From NCBI GenBank assembly GCA_964016885.1, contig OZ024743.1, positions 126,170,001 to 126,234,000 on the forward strand: a stretch of 64,000 nt of DNA, given 5' to 3'. Below the pieces are notes generated by a model that did not search any database, was not told where the DNA came from, and worked only from the letters and a program-made list of their open reading frames with translations. The DNA comes from Eledone cirrhosa. Taxonomy: Eukaryota. The position numbers were made by a program, and so were the translations under genes. Position 1 is the stretch's first letter; every line of letters begins with the position of its first letter. This document shows, piece after piece, positions 9,804 through 21,500 of this stretch.

Positions 9804-12566
9804 TTGTTAACACTAAATCCCTCCCCCATGAAGAATGCACCTCCCAACATAGACTGATAATTAGCGACCTCATAGTCAGGACGAGACGTACTAGACAGCA
9901 GAAGAGGACTATCCTCAGGAGAAAAATATGGAAGCTAAAGGACGCCACAGCCCGAAATAAATTTCAAAGCATATTACTTGATGCTTTCGACAGTAAGGAA
10001 GAGCATCTAGAATCGGACAATATAGAGGGACAGTGGGAAATCCTGAAAGCAAACCTGCTGACGTCGGCAGACGAAGTCTGTGGCTAGAGCAGGCCTGTAG
10101 GTAGGAGGAGAGTAACATGGTGGTGGAACAGTAAGGTGGAGGAGTCAATTAAGGCCAAAAAGCAGGCTTGGAAAGTATGGCGGGATGGGGGAAGTAGAGA
10201 AGACTATCAAGTGGCCAGGAGGGAAGCTAGGAGACAAGTGTACCTCGCAAGAAGGGAAGCAGAGGAAAGAAAGTTCAAGCATGTTCTACAACGCGAGGAC
10301 CAAAAACGTGAGGTGTTCAGGATTGCTAGGCAATGTGTCAAGGAAAACCGTGATATTGTCGGGGAGAAGTGTGTACTTAATGATGAAGGTGTACTTGCCA
10401 TCACTGACGCTGATAAGAAGGTAGCTTGGAAGAGTCACTACGAAAGGCTTCTAAATGAGGAGAATAAATGGGAGAAAAACAGTCTCCCCCACATCGACCC
10501 AATAGAGGGACCAGCAGTGTTAGTCGAAGGTAGTATAATAAGTAAGGCAATCAAAAATATGAAGGCGGGTAAGGCGGCTGAGCCTTCGGAAATAGTTGCT
10601 GAGATGCTGAAAGCCTCTGGAACGGTGGGACACACCATGGTCTCCCGGATAGTAAACCAAGTTATACAGAATAGGGTTGTTCCGAAGGAATGGCATAGCA
10701 GCATCATCATTAACTGTTACAAGGGTAAAGGAGATGCCCTAGATAGGTGTAACTATAGAGGCATTAAATTAATCGACCAGGTCATGAAGGTCACGGAAAA
10801 AGTAATAGCGCAACTAATCAGAGAGAGAATTGATCTAGATGAAATGCAGTTCGGGTTTGTGTCAGGCAAAAGTACCACAGACGCTCTTTTCATTGTACGA
10901 CAACTACAGGAGAAGTACCTAGCTAAAAGTAAACCCCTATACTTAGCTTTTGTTGACTTGGAGAAAACCTTCGACAGAGTCCCCCGTTCCATTATCTGGT
11001 GGGCTCTTAGAAAACTAGGTGTTGACGAATGGCTTGTGAGAGCTATACAAGCCATGTATAAAGAAACAGTGAGCAAGGTTAGAATTAACAACGAATATAG
11101 TGAAGAGTTTAGCGTAAAAGTTGGTGTCCATCAGGGCTCTGTTCTTAGCCCCCTACTATTTATTATTGCCCTTCAGGCTATAACAGAGGAGTTCAAGACC
11201 GGCTGCCCATGGGAACTCCTATACGCAGATGATCTAACGCTCATAGCTGAATCAATGGCCGAGCTAGAGAAGAAATTCCAAACATGGAAGCACGGCCTAG
11301 AATCAAAAGGCCTTAAAATTAACCTGGCTAAGACTAAAGTTCTAGTTTGTAGGAAAGAAAATAAGGCGCCGGTCCCTTCCGGGAAATGGCCATGCTCAGT
11401 GTGTAGGAAAGGCGTAGGTAGAAACTCTATTTTATGTCCCAAATGCAAAGTATGGGTGCATAAAAGATGTAGTGGGATCACAGGTAAGCTAACTAAGAAC
11501 ATAGATTTTACATGTGGCCGGTGCTCTGGTGCAATAAGTAGCAGCAAGTGCCCACAAAATACTAGCTCTTTCAATTGCGCAGAGGGTTCTATAGAAATAG
11601 TGGACAGCTTCCGTTACCTGGGCGACAACATCAGCAGTGGGGGAGGGTGCTCTGAAAGTACAGTAGCTAGAGTCAGAACTGGTTGGAAAAAGTTCAGAGA
11701 GCTTATACCACTATTAGCCGCTAAAGGGTTCTCCCTAAGAATGAAAGGCAACATTGCTGTTCATATGCCTGCATATGAACAGCAATGTTGCATGGCAGTG
11801 AGACCTGGGCATTGTGTGCAGAGGATATACGCAGACTAGAGAGGAACGAAGCTTGCATGCTCCGCTGGATGTGTAATAGTAATATACGTGAACGGCAAAG
11901 CATATGCGAACTAAGGAAAAAATTAGAAATAAGAGGGATCAGATGTTGTTTACTCGAGAGAAGGCTACGTTGGTATGGTCACGTGATGCGCATGAAAGAC
12001 GACAGCTGTATAACAAAGTGCAGGGCAATAAAGATAGACGGTAGCTACGGAGTAGGCAGACCCAGAAAAACCTGGGACGAGCTGATAAATTCTGACCTCA
12101 CACACTTACACCTCTCCAAGACAATGTCACTGGACCGAGACCTTTGGCGGTACTCAGTAATAGAGAAGACCCGCCTAACCTAAATACAAAGTAAAACCTA
12201 CTACAGCCAGTAGGCATCTCTAACAAAATACACCCCCGTCCCACCACCCCACCCCATCCACACCGCCCCTTCAATGTAAAGTTATGTTGGTGCCACAACA
12301 TCCAGGCCGAAACAAATGAGATCGTGTAGGTGTCACGACAAAAAAACACACAGTCCACGCTGTAATGTGGCCGTGTAGGCAACACGGTAAAAACCTCCCA
12401 GCCCCACACTGTAAATGTGGTTGGTGTTAGGAAGGGCATCCAGCTGTAGAAAACCCGCCAGACAGTCCTATGCGAGCAAGACAATCACTCTTGCCTCAAG
12501 TGGGAAAACCCCCGTCCAAACCCATGCAAGCGTGGAACACGGACGTTAAACGTTGATGATGATGAT
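9804..12566 (+). mobile_element. RTE-clade LINE, 5'-truncated, RT with PHD-like zinc finger, (GAT)n tail
   Basis: ORF 10136..11839 has VGVHQGSVLSP, YADD and CSVC...CPKC..WVHKRC...CGRC; C-terminal ORF 11785..12183; stop at 10085-10087, frameshift near 11750; flanked by (TA)n. Confidence 0.95.
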
Positions 12567-13369
12567 ATATATATATACATATATATATGACACCAATTCC
12601 TTCACCTATTTTGGCTCCACTTCACCTCCTTTAAAGCTCGTCTTTATAACCATCATTCGTCTTTTAAATACAATCTTAAAAGAACCAACACGGCTCTCTC
12701 AGAACTCATATGGTCCTTGAAAGACAAAAATATTAAATATAGCATGTTTTGGAAAAAGGTTTCTTCTGCGTTTTCAAACTTGAACAGTTCTCTATCCAAG
12801 ATTTGCAATCTCTGTCTAAATGAAAAATTTACCATTATATCTAATTTAGATTCTATAATAAATAGACGCACTGACTTGTTTTCTCTCTGCTTGCATAAAT
12901 TCCACAAAACATTCCACAAAGTATACAGCTAATATCCAAAACTTTATTAATTTAGAATCTTTTTCTCAAAGGCACATATGTATATATACTTCTTTAAAAA
13001 TATACCCATCTTTCTACCTTATTTCAAAGTTATTTATTATACATTATATAATACTTGTTACTCATTCTATATCACTCCTATTTATCACTTCCCTTTCTTC
13101 ATTTTCCCTTTCTTCTCTTTTTCTTTTAATGTCTAACCCCTAATCTGTACCTTTTCTCACTGTTGCCTAACATAGAAACAATTATTACACAATACAATAC
13201 ATTCTTACTTTATATTACCTTGCAAAAATCCTTTGTAAACATAAACATTTTTTGACGTTAGATTATTCATCCTCAATTCATTATTTTTTTCTCCCTTTCA
13301 TCTAACTTACTCATGCTCATCTCACAATATATCCTTACTTACATTACTTGTTGTTCTTTTTAATAATAC

Positions 13370-13520
13370 ATATCAACATTTTCTTTCCATCGCACATATT
13401 ATTAAACCCTTAAATATTATTCTTAATACATATTAACATTTTCTTTCCATCGCACATATTATTAAACCCTTAAATATTATTCTTAATACATATTAACATT
13501 TTCTTTTCATCGCACATATT
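13370..13520. repeat. ~59-bp tandem repeat, ~2.5 copies
   Basis: unit AACATTTTCTTTCCATCGCACATATTATTAAACCCTTAAATATTATTCTTAATACATATT. Confidence 0.85.
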
Positions 13521-13869
13521 AAACCTTTCAATATACAAACCTTAACTTTACATTATTTTTCTCTTCGTTAATTTTCAAATTCTTTTAATTTATACATTAT
13601 CTTCCAACGGTTTTTCAACCTCTCTATGTAAAACAATATATTTCTCTCAGTTATAAAAGCTATCTCTCTCTCTCTATCACCCATCTCTCCTCCTATCTCA
13701 TCCTTCCTCATTATACTCCTCCCTCTCCTCTTTTTCATCCTTTCCACCCCCACCCCCCACCCATTTTTTTTTTCCCCAATATCACACATCAATCTAAAAC
13801 TACTTTTCATATGTTGATTTAAAACTGCACTATCCACAAGTGTTTTTTAACCTTCATATCATGTCTTCC

Positions 13870-13940
13870 TATTTTATCTGATGAAAACACAAATATTATT
13901 GCATGATGATATTTGTTTTTGAAATGCGCATAATAAAATA
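13870..13940 (+). ncRNA. type I hammerhead ribozyme, palindromic stem III
   Basis: UAUUUUAU-CUGAUGA(13878-13884)-long stem II (ACAAAUAUU/GAUAUUUGU)-GAAA(13921-13924)-UGCGC-AUA(13930-13932)-AUAAAAUA; stem I is a perfect 8 bp; AUGCGCAU is self-complementary. Confidence 0.9.
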
Positions 13941-14002
13941 CATGGAACTCTTTTAACCATCTTTTGTTCTTATATATTATATATATATATATATATATAT
14001 GT

Positions 14003-15046
14003 ATCATCATCATCACGGTTTTACGTCTGTTCTTCCACGCTAGCATGGGTTAGATGAGTTGTCCTGTTGTGGGCAGTGTCCAGTCGGCTGACCTTGTCTT
14101 GCTCAAATGGGAACTGATTCTGGCTTGAATTCTACAGCTGGATGCCCTTCTTAACACCAACCTCATTTACAGTGAGTGCTGGGTGCTTTTTTCCGTGGCG
14201 CCTACACGTCCACTTTACAGTGTGGGCTGGGTGCTTTTTTGCCGTGGCACCTCCACGACCACCTTGCAGTGGGAGGGTGTGGGGGCATATTGTCTATATG
14301 CTTCAGCTTGTACCCATGGGAGGTCAGGTCTTCTGTATTACTGCATGACGCCAGAGGTCACGGTTGTGTGTCAACACCTTAGAGAGGTGCAATTGGGTAA
14401 GGTCGGCTTTTATCACCTCATCCCAGGTCATCTTGGATCTCCCCACTCCGCGACTTCCATCGACTTCTAGTGCTCTGCACCTTTTTATGCAGCTGTCATC
14501 CTTCATACGCATCACATATCCAGACCAACGCAACCTCCTCTCCTGCACACAGCATTTGATTCCTCTTATGTTCAGTCTCTCTCTCAATTCCTTTATGCTT
14601 TGCCGTTCACGTATATTACTATTACACATCCATCGGGACATGCAAGCTTCGTTTCTTTCTAATCTACGCCAGTCTTCCACAGACAGCGCCCAGGTTTCAC
14701 TACCATGTAAAATTGTTGTTCATATACATGCATCATACAGTCTACCTTTCATTTTGAGGGAAAAGCCTTTTACAGCTAGCAGTGGCAGTAGCTCCCTGAA
14801 CTTCTTCCATCTGTTCTTACCCTAGTTATTGTACTTTCCGAACACCCACTTCCGCTACTAATTCGGTCACCTAGGTAGCAGATGGTGTCTACTGTTTCTA
14901 CAGAGCCCTCCCAGAGTTTGGTGGTGCTTGTATCCTGTGGCTGTTTGCTGCTTGCTGTCTCAGCGCAGCTGCTACATGTAAAGCCTAGATTCTTAGTTAA
15001 GCTTCCTGAGATCCCACTACATCTCTTGTGTACCCATTGTTTGCAT
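14003..15046 (-). mobile_element. RTE LINE 3' fragment
   Basis: minus-strand ORF 14324..14680 is homologous to 11785..12183; (GAT)n tail at 14003. Confidence 0.9.
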
Positions 15047-15358
15047 TATATATATGTATACATATATGTATATATGTATATGTATATATATATGTACATG
15101 TATATATGTATATGTATATATATATAATAAATGTAATCTGAGTTTTTTGAATATCAATAATAACATTCGATTCGTTTGCAATTTTGCAAACAAGCCTCAA
15201 TTTTATAGCCATGTCAGGAGAATGAACACTTCATTCTTGCTCTTATGTTGGCATGCTATGCAGATCTGACGGATCAGCCAGTCTGCTGATATGCAAATTG
15301 GCCGATCAGTCACTGTGTATTTTTGAAAATAGCATATATTTTCACTATCTCTGACAGT

Positions 15359-15438
15359 TTGGCATGTGAACAGTGAGCTGTACTGATGAAGGGTGATACC
15401 CAGAAACATTAGCGTCTGCAGTTCTGTTCGCATGCCAA
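15359..15438 (+). ncRNA. type I hammerhead ribozyme, copy 1
   Basis: CUGAUGA 15383-15389, stem II GGG/CCC, GAAA 15403-15406, GUC 15414-15416; stem I GAGCUGUA/UGCAGUUC extended by UUGGCAUGUGAACA/UGUUCGCAUGCCAA. Confidence 0.85.
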
Positions 15439-15794
15439 CATAAGAGCAAGAATGAAGTGTTCATTCTCCTGACATGGCTATAAAATTGAGGCTTGTTTGC
15501 AAAATTGCAAACGAATCGAATGTTATTATTAATATTCAAAAAACTCAGATTACATTTATTGTATTCAACCATGTAGAGCAAAATTTTCTTTTTAATTTGA
15601 ATTTGGCAAAGCCGGCCATTTATCGCTCGTATACAGGAAACTGACTGGCCAGTCTGCTGATATGCACATCTGGCTGATCAGTGGATCTGCTAATATGCAG
15701 ATCTGACTCATCAACCAGTCTGCTAATATGCAAATCGGGCCGATCAGTCACTGTATATTTTTGAAAATAGCATATATTTTCACTAGCTCTGACA

Positions 15795-15876
15795 GTTGGC
15801 AGGTGAACAGGGAGCTGTACTGATGAAGGGTGATACTCAGAAACATTAGTGTCTGCAGTTCCGTTTGCATGCCAAC
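15795..15876 (+). ncRNA. type I hammerhead ribozyme, copy 2
   Basis: CUGAUGA 15820-15826, GAAA 15840-15843, near-palindromic ACAUUAGUGU, GUC 15851-15853; stem I GGAGCUGUA/UGCAGUUCC. Confidence 0.85.
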
Positions 15877-15970
15877 ATAAGAGCAAGAATGAAGTGTTCA
15901 TTCTACTGACATGGCTATAAAATTGAGGCTTGTTTGCAAAATTGCAAACGAATTGAATGTTATTATTAAT

Positions 15971-16158
15971 GTGGATTGGCAGTATCGGTAGAGGGTCGGT
16001 CGCCATGCTTTGACGCATAGAGTTACGGCCCTTGCCATTCTGAGTTCAAATCCCGCCGAGGTTAACTTTGCCTTTCATCCTTACGGGGTCGATAAAATAA
16101 AGTACCAGTAATGCACTGGGTAATTGCTGGCCTTGTGCCAAAAGTAGAAACAATTATT
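15971..16158 (+). mobile_element. tRNA-derived SINE (family B)
   Basis: A-box-like TGGCAGTATCGG, B box GAGTTCAAATCC, core GAGGTTAACTTTGCCTTTCATCCTTACGGGGTCGATAAAATAAAGTACCAG; ATTATTAAT on both sides; host sequence resumes after it. Confidence 0.88.
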
Positions 16159-16288
16159 AATATTCAAAAAACTCAGATTACATTTATTGTATTCAGCCAT
16201 GTAGAGCGAAATTTTTTTTTTAATATATATATATATGTATATGTATATATAAATATATATGTATATAAATATATATATGTATATATGT

Positions 16289-17123
16289 ATCATCATCATC
16301 ATCATCATCATCATTTTACGTTCGATTTTCCTTGCTTGCAAGGGTTGAACAGCATCTCTCCACTTGTCATGGTCTTTCGTCATCTCCTCGTCAAGTTTCA
16401 GCGATCTGAGGTCTGCTCTCAACATCTCCGCCCATGCTTTTTGTAGTCTACCTCTACTGCGTCTTCCTTCTACTGGGATTTTTTGGCACTTCTTTACCCA
16501 GCGCATGTCCATACCATATCAGCCTTCTCTCCTATGCAGTAGATATACAGGGAAATTTGGCAGTAGAAGTCGCAGTGATAGACACATTTTTCAAATGGAG
16601 GTGGGTTCTATAGAAGTGATTGATAGCCTCCGGTACCTAGGTGATCAGGTTAGCTGGGAGGGGGGGGGGCAGGTGCCGAGGCCATTGTATCTAGAATAAG
16701 GATGGGTTGGAAGAAGTTTAGGGAGCTGCTTCCTCTGTTGACAAAGAAGGGTTTCTCCCTGTGTACAAAAGGCTGGTTATATGATGCCTGTGTGAGATGC
16801 GCGATGCTGTATGGTAGTGAGACATGGACAGCAACTGCAGAGGATATGTGATGGCTTGAGAGAAGACTGCAATGGTATGGACATGTGATGTGCATGGAGG
16901 ATGACCGCTGGGTAAAGAAGTGTCAAGAAATTCCAGTAGGAGGAAGATGCAGTAGAGGAAGACCACGAAAAACATGGGCGGAGGTGGTGAGAGCAGACCT
17001 TAGATCGCTGAAGCTTGCAGAGGACATGACGAAGGACCGTGACAAGTGGAGAGATGCTGTGCTGAATAGGACCCGTCCCACCCTTGCAAGCAGGGAAACG
17101 CGGACGTAAAATGATGATGATGA
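16289..17123. mobile_element. two RTE 3' fragments head-to-head (minus 16289-16533, plus ~16535-17123)
   Basis: both encode WVKKCQxIPVxGRxSRGR and end in (GAT)n. Confidence 0.88.
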
Positions 17124-17184
17124 TATATATATATGTGTATATATATATATGTACATACATATATATATATATATATGTATATAT

Positions 17185-18149
17185 ATAAAGGTAAAGGGGA
17201 TGCTATGGAGAGGAACAATTATAGGGGTATAAAACTGATGGATCAGGTTATGAAAGTGGCAGAAAGGATATTAGCACAACTAATTAGAGAAAGGATCAAA
17301 CTAGATGATATGCAGTTTGGTTTTGTGCCTGGGAAGAGTACAACAGATGCCCCCTTCTTGGTGAGACAATTACAAGAGAGGTTCTTAGAGAAAAATAAGC
17401 CACTATACTTAGCCTTTGTTGACCTAGAGAAGGCCTTTGATAGGGTACCCCGATCTGTCATCTGGTGGTCCCTAAGGAAACTAGGTGTTGAGGAATGGCT
17501 TGTGAGGACAGTGCAAACTTTGTACAGAGGTACTGTCAGTAAAGTCAGGGTAGGAATGGAGTTTAGTGAGGAATTCCAGATACAAGGTACATCAAGGTTT
17601 GGTCCTCAGCCCGCTCTTGTTCATTATAGTCCTCCAAGCCATAACAGAGGAGTTTAAGACTGGCTGTCCATGGGAACTTCTCTATGCTGATAATCTGGCT
17701 CTTATAGCAGAATTAGTAGAGGAGCTAGAGAATAAATTCTGGCTATGGAAACAACAGTTGGAAAAAAGAGGACTGAGAGTGAACCTAGCCAAGACAAAAG
17801 TGTTGATGAGTAGAAAAGAGGACAAAACTCTGATTCCGTCAGGGAAATGGCCATATTCGATATTCAGAAAAGGAACTGGCATAAATTCTATAAAATGCAC
17901 ACAATGCAGATCCTGGGTACACAAGAGATGCAACGGGATAGCAGGCAAACTAACAGGTAGAGAGAAATACGTATGCAGTAGATGTACAGGGAAATTAGAC
18001 AGTGGAAGTCGCATTTATAGACACATTTTTCAAATGCAGGCGGGTGCTATAGAAGTGGTGGATAGCTTCCGGTACCTAGGAGATCAGATTAGCATGGGAG
18101 AGGGGTGTTCCGAGGCCATAGTATCTAGAATAAGGATGGGTTGGAAGAA
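17185..18149 (+). mobile_element. RTE LINE internal RT fragment
   Basis: ORFs 17133..17657 and 17566..18258: QFGF, DLEKAFDRVP, HQGLVLSP, YADN, PHD-like remnant. Confidence 0.9.
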
Positions 18150-18529
18150 GCCTACAGTGAACTACAACTACTTCAAAAGATGTGGGTTAAACTCCCATGT
18201 ATGTCAATACTCATCTTTTTCCATTTATCTGAGGGTTCTAAACCCCATTATCAGATAAAATTTCTTTAGTCAAAAAATACAGTGAAAGCTATTCTATTTT
18301 CTAATTTCAAGCCTGCTCACTGTTTCAAAACATATTTACTTGACATATATATTTATATAATACAATATGTTGAAAAGGTAACACACCAGAGATAGAGATA
18401 GTGCGTCATCAATCAAAAGGGAAAAGCCACCAGTGTATGGAATCTATAACCTATCTATAATCTATTAATCTATTAATTTATCGTGATATATTTATATATA
18501 TATAGGGTAGTAGACACCCCAAGGAAGAA

Positions 18530-21500
18530 ACTGACGTAGAATGGAGTAAGACAATTTCTATAGAGCTGGTGGCATGAATAATGTGCCCAGTCTACGCTGT
18601 AAGGTGGTTGGTGAAAGGAAGGGCATCCAACTAGAAAAACCCTGCCATAAACATAAAAATTATGACAAGTATGATTTTCACTAGTTGCGAATATAAGGCT
18701 AACACAAGTCATGTTAGTGCTGTGCATGGTAGGAGTCTGTACGACTAGCCATGTGTGAGAACCCCTCCACCATCATCAAGCAATCATACAACCCTTTTCC
18801 CAAGGAAATAACAACTGGCAAGGTACAAAACTGATGACTCCGACACACAATGTTGGCTCACTGAAAGATAAATTGGCTGAAATTATGGAGCTTCTAGGGA
18901 GGAGAGAAGTAGATATATGCTGTGTACAGGAGGTGAGATGGAGGGTGCCTCAGTGAGACTACTATCAGGCAAACAACATAGATACAAGCTTTCCTGGGTA
19001 GGAAATGATGATAGGGTAGGAGGTGTAGGCATCTTACTAGAAATGGATAGATACGGGGATAGAAGTAAGTGAGAGAATTATCAAGCGTAGATTAGCAGTA
19101 GCAAATTGAATGGTGACAATTACATCTACATATGCCCCACAGGGAGGACTGAGTAAAGAACAAAAAAACAAGTTTTATGAGGAACTTTTACAGACAACTT
19201 CAGGTACCAATGAAGGTGACCTCATCATCCTGGCAGGAGACTTCAATGGACTTGTGGAGCAGTACCAGGACAGATTCAGTGGAGTTCATGGCAGCTATGG
19301 TTATGATTCAAGAAATAAATTCTGTGATGCAAATGAACTAATCATTTGCAACACAAAAGCCAAATTGTACAAGGGGTTCTTGCACGTGGCTACTTGTAAG
19401 AAAACAAGATAAACAGACTGAAATAAATACTAGGACCTTTCCTGGGGAAGAATGCACCACCCAACACAAGTTATTTATTAATGACATCAAAATAAGCACA
19501 AGACAAAACAAGGTATGCAAGAAAATATAGAGACGGAGAGTTTGGAAACTAAAGGACCTTTTGGTTAAATATAAGTTCAGAAAGGCCCTACAGAATGCAT
19601 TTGATTTTAGGGGTGACAAGCTAGATATATGTCATGTAGAGGACAACTGGAATTTCTTGCGTGACAACCTTTTGCGAACAACTGACAGGCATGGAAAGAC
19701 TGGAAAAATGGGGGTAGCAGAGACCAGTACCAGGTAGCTAAGAGAGAAGCTTGCTGACTGGCATACACAGCTTGAGAGAGGTTGAAGAAAGAAAGTTTTC
19801 TAACATCCTGTGAGGATCAGACATGAAATGTTCTGCAATGCGAGACAGTGTGTCAGTGTGTATCGTGATGTTGTTGGGGAAAAGTGTGTTAGAAATTACA
19901 CTGGTGCACGTAGCACCATTGATGTTTAAAGGAAAGAGGTTTGGAAATGTTACTATGAAAGACTGTTGAATGGGAGGAAGAGAAACAACCCCCCATCCTA
20001 CCTAACAGAAGGACCAGCCATTGAAGTTGACAGTTATTAGGTCAAAGAAGCAATCAAAGAGATGAAAAATGGTAAAGCTGCGGGACCATCAGAGCTAGTT
20101 GCTGGGATGCTAAAAGCAACGGGAGAAGTAGGAATTGAACTAGTAACCCACATAATTAATTAGGTAATACAGGACAGTGTCATACCCAACGACTGGCACA
20201 GCTGTACAATCATAAATTGCTACAAGGGCAAAGGTGATGCTCTAGAAAAGAACAATTATAGAGGAATAAAACTAATGGACCAAGTTATGAAAGTGATCAT
20301 CATCATCATCATCATCTTTGTTTAACGTCCATCTTCCACACTAGCATGGGTTAGATGGAAAGAGTTATAGCACAACTAATTAGAGAAAGACTCAAATTAG
20401 ATGATTTTGGTTTCATGCCTGGAAAAAGTACTACAGATGCCCTCTTTTTAGGTACACAAGGTATGTAGTGGGATAACAGGTAGACTAACATGAAGGGAAG
20501 ACATTGAATGTAAAAGATGCAAAAGGGTAATTGAAGGGAAGAACACCAGTGATGTAAACCTTTACCTGTCACTTAATTAACAATGGAGGACAGTGCTTTG
20601 AGAGCATAATAGCTAGAATAAGGATAGGATGGAAAAGGTTTATAGAGCTACTCCTACTGTTGACAACAAAAGGTTTCTCCCTATGTTCAAAAGGACAACT
20701 GTGTGTGAAGTGTGATGTTGCATAGTAGTGAAACATGGACTGTGACTGCAGAGGACATGCATAAACTGGAGAGAAATGAAGCAGCCATACTTCATTGGGT
20801 GTGCAGTGTGTGGGGATAATGTGGTGGTGTGGAAGAGGTGACCAGAAGCTGGGGGACGATCGACCGGAGGCGGAAGAGGAAGTGACGTGAGATGTGTACC
20901 CAGGAGTATCTGGGGGCCCTCTTTTGACTGTGACCCGCGATGAACGGATGTGTGAATGCGAGCTGCAACTGACAAACGGACATACCCACGTGGATGAGGC
21001 TAGCTCACTGAGTGAGCTAGTAGAATTGCGGTAAGTGCAGTAGCTTTCTCATTACAAGCTATTTCGGCATCTGAAGACTTACCGGATGAGCGGAGAAGTA
21101 ATTAGAGCTTTTACTGGTGAAGGTGACGTTGTCGCCTGGATGTGAACGGTTCGGCTGGTTGCTGAGCTACAAAAGATAGACGATATAGCGGGCCTCATCG
21201 CACTCTATCTCGAAGGCGACGCGCTAGCGTTGTACCTCGAGATGGACGACCTCAGCCAGAGGGACACGCAAAAAATTGAGCGGCGTATGATGGAAGCGTT
21301 CGCAGAAGGACCGCTTACTGCGTTTGCTAAGCTGGCAAGGATTAGGTGGAACGGTGAGTGTGTGGATATTTTTTGCAGCGGAGATAAGACGATTGGCCAT
21401 GCTGGCTGGGTTTCAGGTGGAATGCGAACATGCGGTTGGCGTTCATAAATGGATTTCCGGATGACATCGCGGTGAAACTGCAGCAAATAACTGGCTACAA

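Larger units (their letters stand above)
12590..13975 (+). mobile_element. Penelope-like element 3' fragment (GIY-YIG C-terminus, 3' UTR, hammerhead)
   Basis: FKARLYNHHSSF...TALSELIWSLKD...CNLCLNEK...LFSLCLHK parallels the C-terminus of the 3021..4370 ORF; hammerhead at 13870-13940. Confidence 0.85.
15126..16220 (+). mobile_element. non-coding hammerhead-bearing repeat array (inverted piece plus two tandem units), pLTR/retrozyme-like
   Basis: 15126-15257 is the reverse complement of 15430-15560; direct repeats about 15258-15590 and 15696-16215 (second split by a SINE); one hammerhead per direct unit. Confidence 0.8.

Noticed and set aside
15203-16018. Repeated short ORFs (FVCNFANKPQFYSH...)
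   Set aside because: Arise from the repeat array; frames differ between copies
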